From positions 95,469 through 159,468 of the IMG/VR virus record IMGVR_UViG_3300045988_126619: a DNA stretch of 64,000 bases; one strand, written 5' to 3'. How positions within the stretch are numbered: the stretch's first letter is position 1; each line of letters starts with the position of its first letter. This DNA is from a virus. The notes under the pieces are model-generated. The model made no database searches, was not told the origin of the DNA, and saw nothing but the letters and a program-made list of their open reading frames with translations. The position numbers and the translations under genes were made by a program. Shown here piece by piece: positions 22,747 to 31,297 of this stretch.

Positions 22747-25365
22747 ATGAAAATTAATAAAGAAGGTTTAAGTAACCAAGAAGTAGAACAAAGTAGAGAA
22801 AAATATGGAGCGAATAGACTTCCCGAAAAAGTATATCCTACAATATGGGAAAGAATAACAAATGTTTTTAAAGAAGATGGAATAATGACAATGTTATTTG
22901 TTTTAGCAATATTGGAAGGAATTGAAGCACTAGTATGTAGAGAGATACCTTGGGAATGTATAGGAATCATGACTACAGTTAGTGTAGTAACATTTTTTAC
23001 TATTAATTCAGATTTGAAACAAGAAAAATCATTTAAAGATTTGAAAGCATCTATACAAGAGCCTACAGTTACTGTAATAAGAGAAGGAAGAAAACAGATA
23101 ATTAAACAATCAGACTTAGTAGTTGGTGATATTTGTTTACTTAATAATGGAGAAAAAGCTTATGCTGATGGATTGATAATTGAACAAACCGATTTTAAAA
23201 TTTCAAATGCAGAACTTAATGGTGAATCAGATGAAGTAGAAGTTGATACATTTAATTATGTGGAAAATTCAGAAGTTGAATTTACAGATGATGTTTCAAA
23301 ACAAGAAGGATTTATTAATAGTGGAGCATTAATTGTTAATGGTAAAGCTACTATGGGAGTTGTAAGAGTTGGAGAAAACACAGAAAGTGGTAAAGCTTTA
23401 GTAAATGTTACTGAAATGAAAACGCCTTTGCTTGAAAAACTTGATACTTTAACAGAACAAATCACAAGATATGGTGCAGTTGGTGCAACATTAATGTTCG
23501 CTATCAATTTTGGAGTGATTGTTTTATTAAAAGGTGGATTATCATACTTCACAAGTACAGCAGTTCTTAGTATAGGATTAGATATAGTTGCTTGTTTAAT
23601 GGTTGCATTATCAATATTTAGTGCATCTGCCCCAGAAGGTCTTCCATTTGTTATTAACTTAGTTCTTTCAGCAAATGTTAACAAGATGAAAAAACACAAC
23701 GTTTTATTAAAAAATGTTAAAAAAGGTGAAACAAGTGGTTCTTTATCAATCTTATTTAGTGACAAAACAGGAACAATGACAAAGAATATAATGTCAATAG
23801 TTGAATTTACAGATGGAACAGGAAAAACACTTAATCGTGGCGAAATTGAAAATTCAAAATACAAAGAATTAATAGATAGAAGTATTGTAATGAGTTCAGA
23901 TTCATATTATGACGAGAATGGAGATTTAATTGGTGGTAATGGTACTGATAGAGCATTTAGTAAGTTTGTTGGAGCAGATTTATTTAAACAATATTCAAAT
24001 AGTACAGTAATTAAATCACAACCATTCAATTCTAAGAATAAGTATAACGCAGTTCAATTAGATGGATACACTATATATAAAGGTGCAGGAGAAATATTAG
24101 TAAACAATTCTAAAAACTTAATAAATACTGATTGTTGGGTAAGAGGAATTGAAGAAGAAGATAGAGAAAATCTACAATCTACAATGGATAGAATGATGAA
24201 TAAGGCTGAAAGAGTTTTAGCTATCGCAATTTCTAAACAACCATTAGTTGACAATGAACTTCCAAGCGACTTAACATTATTAGCGGTATTTGGTATTAGA
24301 GATGAAATAAGAGAAAGTACACCAACAGCTATTGAAAATTTAAATAATGCAGGTGTTCAAGTTGTAATGGTAACAGGAGATAATATTAAAACTGCTGATG
24401 CTATTGCAAAAGAAATCGGATTATTAAAAGATGGAGATTTAAGTTTTACAAATGATATATTAATGGATATGACCGATGAAGAAATCGCTTCAATATTACC
24501 TAAATTAAAAGTAGTTGGTAGAGCGAAACCAGATACTAAACGTAGATTAAATCATATCGCTCAAAATAACGGTTATGTTACAGGAATGTGCGGAGATGGA
24601 GTTAATGATGCTCCTGCCTTAATGCAAGCTGATATTGGATTTGCTATGGGTTCTGGAACAGATGTTGCAAAAGATGCAGGTGACGTAGTTATCTTAGATA
24701 ATAACTTAGCATCAATTGAATATGGTGTTAAGAGTGGTAGACAAATATTTAAGAATATTCAAAAGTTCTTAAAGTATCAATTAGCAATTAATGTTGGTAT
24801 TGTTATAACTCCTATTTTAGCTTCATTATGTGGTGTAACTAAATCATTAGCAGTAACAAGTATTCTATGGATTAATGCAATAATGGATACATTAGCATCA
24901 CTTGCATTTAGTGGTGAACCTTGTGAAGATAGTGTGATGAAAGAAAAACCTATCTCAAGAACAGCTAACATAATTAATAAAGACATGATGATTCAAATAG
25001 CAACAACTGGTTTATACTTTATAGGAACTGGATTATTTATGCTAACAAGTGATGTAATGGGTAATTTATTTGGTGAAAAACAAACAACAGCTTATTTCTC
25101 ATTATTTGTAATGATAGCGATATTCAATGGTTTTAATGTAAGAACAGCATCAATTAATTGTTTAAAAGACATTAAAAAGAATCCAAGATTTATTAAGATT
25201 ATGGCTTTAATTACAGTATTACAAGTGTTATTAGTAAGTTTTGGTGGTAAAATATTTGATGTTATGCCAATGAACCTTATGGAATGGTTAATTGTAACAG
25301 GTATTGCAGTATTAATTATCCCAATAGATTTAATTAGAAAAATGATTATGAATAAAACAAAATAA
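22747..25365 (+). CDS. P-type ATPase, type II (Ca2+-ATPase-like) cation pump
   Basis: 872 aa. It has the N-terminal LSNQEVEQSREKYGANRLPEK, the actuator motif NGES, the TM4 motif PEGLP, the phosphorylation site SDKTGTMT, the nucleotide/hinge motifs VMVTGDN and GDGVNDAPAL, and about 10 hydrophobic segments. Confidence 0.85.
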   Translation: MKINKEGLSNQEVEQSREKYGANRLPEKVYPTIWERITNVFKEDGIMTMLFVLAILEGIEALVCREIPWECIGIMTTVSVVTFFTINSDLKQEKSFKDLKASIQEPTVTVIREGRKQIIKQSDLVVGDICLLNNGEKAYADGLIIEQTDFKISNAELNGESDEVEVDTFNYVENSEVEFTDDVSKQEGFINSGALIVNGKATMGVVRVGENTESGKALVNVTEMKTPLLEKLDTLTEQITRYGAVGATLMFAINFGVIVLLKGGLSYFTSTAVLSIGLDIVACLMVALSIFSASAPEGLPFVINLVLSANVNKMKKHNVLLKNVKKGETSGSLSILFSDKTGTMTKNIMSIVEFTDGTGKTLNRGEIENSKYKELIDRSIVMSSDSYYDENGDLIGGNGTDRAFSKFVGADLFKQYSNSTVIKSQPFNSKNKYNAVQLDGYTIYKGAGEILVNNSKNLINTDCWVRGIEEEDRENLQSTMDRMMNKAERVLAIAISKQPLVDNELPSDLTLLAVFGIRDEIRESTPTAIENLNNAGVQVVMVTGDNIKTADAIAKEIGLLKDGDLSFTNDILMDMTDEEIASILPKLKVVGRAKPDTKRRLNHIAQNNGYVTGMCGDGVNDAPALMQADIGFAMGSGTDVAKDAGDVVILDNNLASIEYGVKSGRQIFKNIQKFLKYQLAINVGIVITPILASLCGVTKSLAVTSILWINAIMDTLASLAFSGEPCEDSVMKEKPISRTANIINKDMMIQIATTGLYFIGTGLFMLTSDVMGNLFGEKQTTAYFSLFVMIAIFNGFNVRTASINCLKDIKKNPRFIKIMALITVLQVLLVSFGGKIFDVMPMNLMEWLIVTGIAVLIIPIDLIRKMIMNKTK

Positions 25366-25372
25366 TAAATTG

Positions 25373-25406
25373 TAAGAGTGGTAGAAATATCACTCTTATT
25401 TTTTTT
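25373..25406 (+). terminator. intrinsic terminator after the P-type ATPase gene
   Basis: An 8-bp stem TAAGAGTG/CACTCTTA, a 10-nt loop, then T8. Confidence 0.75.
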
Positions 25407-25414
25407 AAAAACTA

Positions 25415-25443
25415 TTGACATAAAATAAATTATAATATATAAT
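25415..25443 (+). promoter_or_regulatory. sigma-A-type promoter with the conserved element as spacer
   Basis: TTGACA at 25415-25420, spacer TAAAATAAATTATAATA, TATAAT at 25438-25443. Confidence 0.65.
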
Positions 25444-25476
25444 AAATATATCAAATAAAAGAAAAGAGGTATAAAA

Positions 25477-25878
25477 ATGGAAACAATTAGATTAGAGGAT
25501 TTAACCAAATCAGAAGTATGTTTTGTATATTCTACAATTGGATATATAAAGGGACAATTATGTAGCAAATATGTAGGTGAGATAAATAATTATCAAACTA
25601 AAATGAGCATATGCAATGATGTAAACGACTTGTTGTGTCAACTTACATCACAAGATTATTTAGTATCAGACAATAATATGTTATCATATGCAGAATTAAG
25701 TTTAGATAAAACAATTGAATATTTAGATAGAAAAAACGTAAAGATGGATGATTTAACAGACAAAATGATTCTTAGTATGGGTACAGAATATCATGTATTT
25801 GTAACATTTTATTTATATATGGTAGGCAAAGATGAATATGTAAAAGTAGAAACAGATTTTTTTGAAATAATTAATTAA
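25477..25878 (+). CDS. hypothetical protein
   Basis: 133 aa with its own promoter (25415-25443) and an AAGAGG SD. Confidence 0.45.
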   Translation: METIRLEDLTKSEVCFVYSTIGYIKGQLCSKYVGEINNYQTKMSICNDVNDLLCQLTSQDYLVSDNNMLSYAELSLDKTIEYLDRKNVKMDDLTDKMILSMGTEYHVFVTFYLYMVGKDEYVKVETDFFEIIN

Positions 25879-25884
25879 AAGCTA

Positions 25885-25913
25885 TTGACATAAAATAAAT
25901 GATAATGTATAAT
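25885..25913 (+). promoter_or_regulatory. sigma-A-type promoter with the conserved element as spacer
   Basis: TTGACA at 25885-25890, spacer TAAAATAAATGATAATG, TATAAT at 25908-25913. Confidence 0.7.
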
Positions 25914-25946
25914 AAATATATAATCAATTGAAGGAGAGATGTAAAT

Positions 25947-26375
25947 ATGAGAGCAAAATTTAGTTTAAATGGAAATACTATTGAAAATGAACAAATAGAA
26001 AATGTTTCATTATTAATAATATTGGGTTCAAAATTTAAAGATGAATATTGTTACGATAATGAAGAATATGTTATAGATTTATTAAAACAAAAATGCAAAA
26101 TATTTAATGTAGATAGTTTTGAAGTAGAATGTCCTTGTGAAGATTTGATTTATTTATCTAATGAATCATTTACTGGAGAGGGTGAAGAAGGTGTTTATCC
26201 AAATAACAAAAAAGAATTACAAATATTAATAGATTCATATAATGAAGCAAAAAAAGTATTTGGTTCAGATAAAGTTAGAATATCAGTATATAGTAATTAT
26301 TTATATGAAAATGTAAATGAGGACGATTTCTCATTAGAAGAATTTTTAAGTAATTTTGAATTAATAGAAGATTAA
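25947..26375 (+). CDS. hypothetical acidic protein
   Basis: 142 aa with its own promoter (25885-25913) and a GAAGGAGAG SD. Confidence 0.45.
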   Translation: MRAKFSLNGNTIENEQIENVSLLIILGSKFKDEYCYDNEEYVIDLLKQKCKIFNVDSFEVECPCEDLIYLSNESFTGEGEEGVYPNNKKELQILIDSYNEAKKVFGSDKVRISVYSNYLYENVNEDDFSLEEFLSNFELIED

Positions 26376-26398
26376 TAAATAGAAGGGGCGATAAAAAT

Positions 26399-26944
26399 AT
26401 GAAAAAAATATTAGTAGTAATTGATATGCAAAATGATTTTATAACAGGAAGTTTAGGAACAAAGGAAGCACAAGAAATTGTTCCAAAAGTAATTGATAAG
26501 ATTAAAGAATATGATAAATATGAAAACAGTCTTATATATGCAACACAAGATACTCATTATATAGGTTATTTAAAAACTCTTGAAGGATTAAAATTACCAA
26601 TAGAACATTGTATAAAAGATACAGAAGGATGGGAAATACAAAAAGATATATTAAAAGAATTAAAAGAAAGAAAAGCTTGTATATCAGAGAAAATAACATT
26701 TGGAGATATAAATTTAGCAGAGAATTTTTCTGGATTAAATTGTGTTAATCATGATGTTGAAATAGAATTAATTGGGTTATGCACAGATATATGTGTTATA
26801 TCTAACGCATTAACAATTAAAGCTTACGTTCCAGAAGTAAAAATTATAGTAGATGCAAGTTGTTGTGCAGGTGTAACACCACAAAGTCATAAAAATGCAC
26901 TAGAAGCTATGAAGATGTGTCAAGTAGAAATTATTAATGAATAG
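26399..26944 (+). CDS. pncA: nicotinamidase (isochorismatase-family cysteine hydrolase)
   Basis: 181 aa. It has VVIDMQNDF (Asp), TQDTHY and PIEHCIKDTEGWEI (metal/HC motif), and LIGLCTDICV (nucleophile Cys). Confidence 0.7.
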   Translation: MKKILVVIDMQNDFITGSLGTKEAQEIVPKVIDKIKEYDKYENSLIYATQDTHYIGYLKTLEGLKLPIEHCIKDTEGWEIQKDILKELKERKACISEKITFGDINLAENFSGLNCVNHDVEIELIGLCTDICVISNALTIKAYVPEVKIIVDASCCAGVTPQSHKNALEAMKMCQVEIINE

Positions 26945-26958
26945 GAGATGTATAGATT

Positions 26959-27783
26959 ATGGTAAAAGTAAATGGAGAAGAACACAATTATTATTTATTC
27001 CCTAATAATGAATTAAAGGTATCACCTATTAGATATGGTAATTATGTTGAAATTAAAGATGGCGATGATATAGAAGTAGAATTAATATATGAAAATTCAA
27101 TAGACCTTGTTCACCTTATATTTGTAAAGAAATTTTTAGATGAAGCCTATCCACATAGTTGTGTAGATTTAGTTATGAAATATATTCCATACTCAAGAAT
27201 GGACAGGGAAACACCTTTTCAAATGTTTACTTGTAAATATTTATGTCAATTAATAAATGATTTATGTTTTAGTTCTGTAACAGTATTAGACCCTCATTCA
27301 AATGTATGTGTGGGAGCATTAGAACGTGTTAAGCAAATAGATTTATCATATTATGTTAAACAAGTATTAGACTACGAAAGAGTGAAAGAAGGAACTTATA
27401 TAGATGCTATATTCCTTCCAGACGTAGGTGCATATAAAAAGTATACAGAAGTATTGGATAATGTAAAGTTACCTAAATTTTGGGGGAATAAACATCGTGA
27501 CTTAAACAATGGAGCAATAACTGATTATGATATAATTGGAGATATTGATGTTAATGGTAAAAATATACTTATAGTTGATGATATATGCGTTAAGGGATTT
27601 ACCACATTATTTGCCTCAAAGAAATTAAAAGAACTAGGAGCAAATAAAGTCATTTTCTATTGTTCTCATTGTGAAGATGCTATTCATAGTGGACAATTAT
27701 TAAAAACAGATTATGTAGATAGAATATATACAACTGATAGCATGAAATTTGATGAACATAATAAAATAATTAAATTATATTAG
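26959..27783 (+). CDS. ribose-phosphate pyrophosphokinase homologue (Prs-like; candidate ADPR-PP synthetase)
   Basis: 274 aa. KYIPYSRMDRE, VLDPHSN and the PRPP-loop ILIVDDICVKGFT match the Prs family. The N-terminal region is shorter and more divergent than housekeeping Prs. Confidence 0.65.
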   Translation: MVKVNGEEHNYYLFPNNELKVSPIRYGNYVEIKDGDDIEVELIYENSIDLVHLIFVKKFLDEAYPHSCVDLVMKYIPYSRMDRETPFQMFTCKYLCQLINDLCFSSVTVLDPHSNVCVGALERVKQIDLSYYVKQVLDYERVKEGTYIDAIFLPDVGAYKKYTEVLDNVKLPKFWGNKHRDLNNGAITDYDIIGDIDVNGKNILIVDDICVKGFTTLFASKKLKELGANKVIFYCSHCEDAIHSGQLLKTDYVDRIYTTDSMKFDEHNKIIKLY

Positions 27784-27807
27784 GAGAAAGTATTATATCA
27801 AAATATG

Positions 27808-27836
27808 TTGACATAAAATAAATGATAGTATATAAT
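27808..27836 (+). promoter_or_regulatory. sigma-A-type promoter with the conserved element as spacer
   Basis: TTGACA at 27808-27813, spacer TAAAATAAATGATAGTA, TATAAT at 27831-27836. Confidence 0.7.
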
Positions 27837-27902
27837 AAATAATGTAGAGAGCAGTTAGTAAATCTGCTCCTACAATATAAATAAATGAAAGAGAGTGATT
27901 AT

Positions 27903-29375
27903 ATGAAAACAAACCCAATGTTATTGATTGATTTTTATAAGGCTTGTCATAGTGATATGTTACCAAAAGGAATAACTAAATCAGTCAGTTATTTTACACC
28001 TAGAATGAAAAGAGTTGAAAGATGGGACAATGTAGTTATGTTCGGTCTACAAGGATTTATTAAAACTTATTTAATTGATTATTTTAACGAAAATTTCTTT
28101 AATCAAACAACAGAAAAGGCAGTATTTGAATATGAAAGAGTTCTTAAATATTCTTTAGGGGAAGATTCTTTTAGTAGTGAAAAAGTAAGAAAACTTCATA
28201 AATTAGGTTATTTACCAATTGAAATTTTAGCAATTAAAGAAGGAACAAAAGTACCTATAAAGATACCTATGTTTGCAATAACAAATACTCATGATGATTT
28301 TGCATGGCTACCACAAGCCTTAGAATCACTTATATCTGCTGAAATGTGGCATCCTATGATATCAGCTACAGTTGGAGCAACTTATAGAGATATAGTAAAT
28401 AAATATTATGATATTTCATGTGATGATGATATTCCAAGAGCAAAAGCATTAGGAGATTTTAGCTTTAGAGGACAAGAATGTTTACAATCAGCAATTAAGA
28501 GTTCAGCAGGTTGGTCACTATCATTCTTAAATTCAGCTACAGTTCCTGCTATACCATATTTAGAAGATAATTATAATTGTAATTGCATAACAGAACCAGT
28601 TTTATTTGGGGCAGTTTCTACAGAACATTCTGTGATGTGTTCTAATTATTCTGTAGATGGGGATGAAGAAACATTAATCAGAAGATTATTAACTGAATTA
28701 TATCCAAATGCTTCATTTAGTGCTGTTTTAGATTCTTATGATTATTGGAGAATTGTTAAAGAAGTTCTTCCTAAATTAAAAGAAGAAATACTTAACCACA
28801 ATGGATGTTTCTTAATAAGGGGAGATAGTGGGGATTGTGTAGAAGTTGTTACACAAACTGTATTTGAGTTATGGAAGACATTTGGAGGAACTGTTAATAG
28901 TAAAGGCTATAAAGTATTAGACCCACACGTAAAAGCTATTTATGGTGATTCTATAACAGTTCAAAGATGTGAAGAAATATATAAGATACTTATAGAAAAT
29001 GGATTTGCTTGTTCAAATGTAGCACTTGGTGTTGGCTCATTCTCAATGCAAGCAATTGAAGAAGATGGAATACTTAAACCATTTACTAGAGATACTTATG
29101 GAATGGCTATTAAAGCTACTTACATGGAAATAAATGGTGAATCATATCCAATATTTAAGAATCCAAAGGATGGAGGATTTAAGAAATCGCAAAAAGGCTG
29201 TTGTAGTGTATTCTTTGATGAAGATGGGGAAATGGTTTATGCAGATGGATTAACTTGGGAAGAAGCTTGTGGTGATGAAGAAAACTTATTACAACCAGTA
29301 TTTAAAGATGGTCAGTTAGTTAGGGAACAATCATTACAAGAAATAAGAAATATATTACATGAAGGAGGATTTTAA
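27903..29375 (+). CDS. nicotinamide phosphoribosyltransferase-family protein (NadV/Namat-like)
   Basis: 490 aa from ATG 27903. NPMLLIDFYKACH, VMFGLQ, LPIEILAIKEGTKVP, AWLPQALESL..MWHP and GDFSFRG follow the Nampt/NadV pattern. It has its own promoter at 27808-27836. Confidence 0.7.
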   Translation: MKTNPMLLIDFYKACHSDMLPKGITKSVSYFTPRMKRVERWDNVVMFGLQGFIKTYLIDYFNENFFNQTTEKAVFEYERVLKYSLGEDSFSSEKVRKLHKLGYLPIEILAIKEGTKVPIKIPMFAITNTHDDFAWLPQALESLISAEMWHPMISATVGATYRDIVNKYYDISCDDDIPRAKALGDFSFRGQECLQSAIKSSAGWSLSFLNSATVPAIPYLEDNYNCNCITEPVLFGAVSTEHSVMCSNYSVDGDEETLIRRLLTELYPNASFSAVLDSYDYWRIVKEVLPKLKEEILNHNGCFLIRGDSGDCVEVVTQTVFELWKTFGGTVNSKGYKVLDPHVKAIYGDSITVQRCEEIYKILIENGFACSNVALGVGSFSMQAIEEDGILKPFTRDTYGMAIKATYMEINGESYPIFKNPKDGGFKKSQKGCCSVFFDEDGEMVYADGLTWEEACGDEENLLQPVFKDGQLVREQSLQEIRNILHEGGF

Positions 29376-29378
29376 AAT

Positions 29379-29681
29379 ATGAAATTAGGTCTTATTTATG
29401 ATTATTTTGGAACTGTTAAGTTTGGTTCTATTGAAGTAGAAGAAAAACCAAAGACATATAAAACAATAGGTGGGGAATCAGTACCTAGAGTATATAGAAG
29501 TGTTATAAATAAAGATATGATTAATAAAGTGTATGATGATGTTGTTCTTATATATGATTGTTCTAAAGAAGAAGCTATTAAAATATGGAATGAACATTTT
29601 GATAGAAAAATTAATACTAAAAAAGAATATTTTGAGAAAGAAGTAGAACGTTTAGAAGGTTTAATTATAAAGGAGGAATAA
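29379..29681 (+). CDS. hypothetical protein inside the NAD module
   Basis: 100 aa with a GAAGGAGGA SD. It is tightly packed between the Nampt-like and NadE genes. Confidence 0.45.
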   Translation: MKLGLIYDYFGTVKFGSIEVEEKPKTYKTIGGESVPRVYRSVINKDMINKVYDDVVLIYDCSKEEAIKIWNEHFDRKINTKKEYFEKEVERLEGLIIKEE

Positions 29682-29682
29682 T

Positions 29683-30420
29683 ATGTATAAATTTGATGCA
29701 AAGGAAACAGCAAGACAATTAATAGAATGGATAAAAGAATATTTTGAAAATAATGGGGATAAAAATACTAAAGCTATCATTGGTATTTCTGGTGGAAAAG
29801 ATAGTTCTATAGTAGCAGGATTATGTGTTGAAGCACTAGGTAAGGATAGAGTAATTGGTGTAAAGATGCCACAAGGAGAACAAGAAGATATAGAATATGC
29901 AGAGGATATTATTGATTTCTTAGGCATAAAATCATATGAAATAAATATTGAGGATTCAGTTTTTGGAGTATATAGAGAATTAGATTTTGAGAAAATACCT
30001 AGAAACTCAATAGTAAATTCCAATACACCTGCAAGAATAAGAATGACTGTATTATATGCAGTTAGTGGAGCATTGGGTGGTAGAGTAGCAAATACATGTA
30101 ATCTATCAGAAGATTATGTCGGTTATGCTACAAAGTTTGGTGATGGAGCAGGAGATTTTTCACCATTATCTAATTTAACTGTAACAGAGGTTAAAGCTAT
30201 TGGAAGAGAAATAGGTATTCCAGATTATTTAATAGATAAGACACCTATAGATGGACTTTGTGGACTATCAGATGAAGATAATTTAGGTTTTTCTTATGAT
30301 ACTTTAGATAAGTATATTAGAACTGGTATATGTGAAGATGAAGAAACTAAGAGAAGAATAGATGCTATGCACAAAAATAATTTGCATAAGTTATTACCTA
30401 TGCCATCATTTAAATTATAA
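29683..30420 (+). CDS. nadE: NH3-dependent NAD+ synthetase
   Basis: 245 aa. It has the PP-loop IIGISGGKDSS and later ANTCNLSEDYVGYATKFGDGAGDFSPL, both typical of NadE. Confidence 0.8.
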   Translation: MYKFDAKETARQLIEWIKEYFENNGDKNTKAIIGISGGKDSSIVAGLCVEALGKDRVIGVKMPQGEQEDIEYAEDIIDFLGIKSYEINIEDSVFGVYRELDFEKIPRNSIVNSNTPARIRMTVLYAVSGALGGRVANTCNLSEDYVGYATKFGDGAGDFSPLSNLTVTEVKAIGREIGIPDYLIDKTPIDGLCGLSDEDNLGFSYDTLDKYIRTGICEDEETKRRIDAMHKNNLHKLLPMPSFKL

Positions 30421-30435
30421 GGAGGATTCTGTCTA

Positions 30436-30708
30436 ATGATAAATAAATATAGAAAGAAACCAATAACAATAGAAGCAATACAATTTACTAGAGATAATAT
30501 AGATGAAATATATGATTTTAGCAGAGGAAAAGTATTTAATTTCGTAATTCCAAAAACTTTTGATAGAACAGCTACCTGTTGTATTGAAACATTAGAAGGA
30601 ATAATGAAAGCACAAGAAGGAGATTATATAATAAAAGGGGTAGAAGATGAAATATATTCTTGTGAAAAAAATATTTTTGAAAAAACATATGAAAAGGTAT
30701 TGACATAA
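30436..30708 (+). CDS. small conserved phage protein of unknown function
   Basis: 90 aa. The pattern KKPITIEAIQF...EGDYIIKGVEDEIYSCEKNIFEKTYE resembles a widespread small phage domain. The stop lies inside the promoter at 30700-30728. Confidence 0.45.
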   Translation: MINKYRKKPITIEAIQFTRDNIDEIYDFSRGKVFNFVIPKTFDRTATCCIETLEGIMKAQEGDYIIKGVEDEIYSCEKNIFEKTYEKVLT

Positions 30709-30728
30709 AATAAACGATATGATATACT
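30700..30728 (+). promoter_or_regulatory. sigma-A-type promoter with the conserved element as spacer
   Basis: TTGACA at 30700-30705, spacer TAAAATAAACGATATGA, TATACT at 30723-30728. The upstream stop TAA (30706-30708) lies inside it. Confidence 0.65.
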
Positions 30729-30760
30729 ATATGTATAGTAAGGAAAGGAGTTAATAAAAA

Positions 30761-31003
30761 GTGGGTATAATAAAAATGCTTCAAGAACAAGTAGACAAAA
30801 AAATGAAAGAAAAAAGAGAAAAACAATTATCAGAAATTCTTAAATTAGTTGATGAAGCTAAAGAACAAAAATTTACTTATTGTTATTATGCTACAGAATC
30901 ATTTATAACATTAAAAGAATTAAATAATTTAGGATTTAAGGTAGCATTAGCAAATAATTCAACTGATGAAATTAGAATATTAAAAATATCATGGGAGGAA
31001 TAA
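30761..31003 (+). CDS. hypothetical protein
   Basis: 80 aa, with a GTG start 10 nt after AGGAG. ATG 30776 is an alternative start. Confidence 0.4.
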   Translation: MGIIKMLQEQVDKKMKEKREKQLSEILKLVDEAKEQKFTYCYYATESFITLKELNNLGFKVALANNSTDEIRILKISWEE

Positions 31004-31004
31004 T

Positions 31005-31196
31005 ATGAGTGTATTATTAAATGTTGTAGGATTTTTAGTAGTAGCTTTGATATTACAATTATTTGGTGGTTTATCTAAGCTAAATAACTTCTTAGAAAAA
31101 CATTTTCAAAAAGTATTATCAGCTAAAAATTATTACTTGGCAACAGTTATAATTGCTATAGTAATTCAAGTATTATGTATGTTGAGAAGAATCTAA
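31005..31196 (+). CDS. small membrane protein
   Basis: 63 aa with two hydrophobic helices and a GGGAGGA SD. Confidence 0.45.
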   Translation: MSVLLNVVGFLVVALILQLFGGLSKLNNFLEKHFQKVLSAKNYYLATVIIAIVIQVLCMLRRI

Positions 31197-31226
31197 AAAT
31201 ATTTTAAAAAATATTAAAAAAAATAC

Positions 31227-31255
31227 TTGACATAAAATAAATAATATGATATAAT
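31227..31255 (+). promoter_or_regulatory. sigma-A-type promoter with the conserved element as spacer
   Basis: TTGACA at 31227-31232, spacer TAAAATAAATAATATGA, TATAAT at 31250-31255. Confidence 0.7.
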
Positions 31256-31297
31256 AAATATGTAATCAAGATTAACCGAAAGAAAGGAAGATGCAAT

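Noticed and set aside
23256-23864. A 202-aa minus-strand ORF. Similar antisense ORFs occur at 24054-24254, 24777-24986, 16918-17241, 29661-30023 and 20296-20634.
   Set aside because: These lie entirely antisense to plus-strand genes that carry unambiguous catalytic motifs (P-type ATPase, Pnkp, NadE). They have no SD. Their composition is low-complexity and rich in Ser, Ile, Phe and Leu, which is typical of chance ORFs in AT-rich DNA.
25092-25568. A 158-aa minus-strand ORF that spans the ATPase 3' end, a terminator and a promoter.
   Set aside because: It crosses a strong rightward terminator and promoter and overlaps two well-supported plus-strand genes. It has no SD and is hydrophobic and low-complexity.
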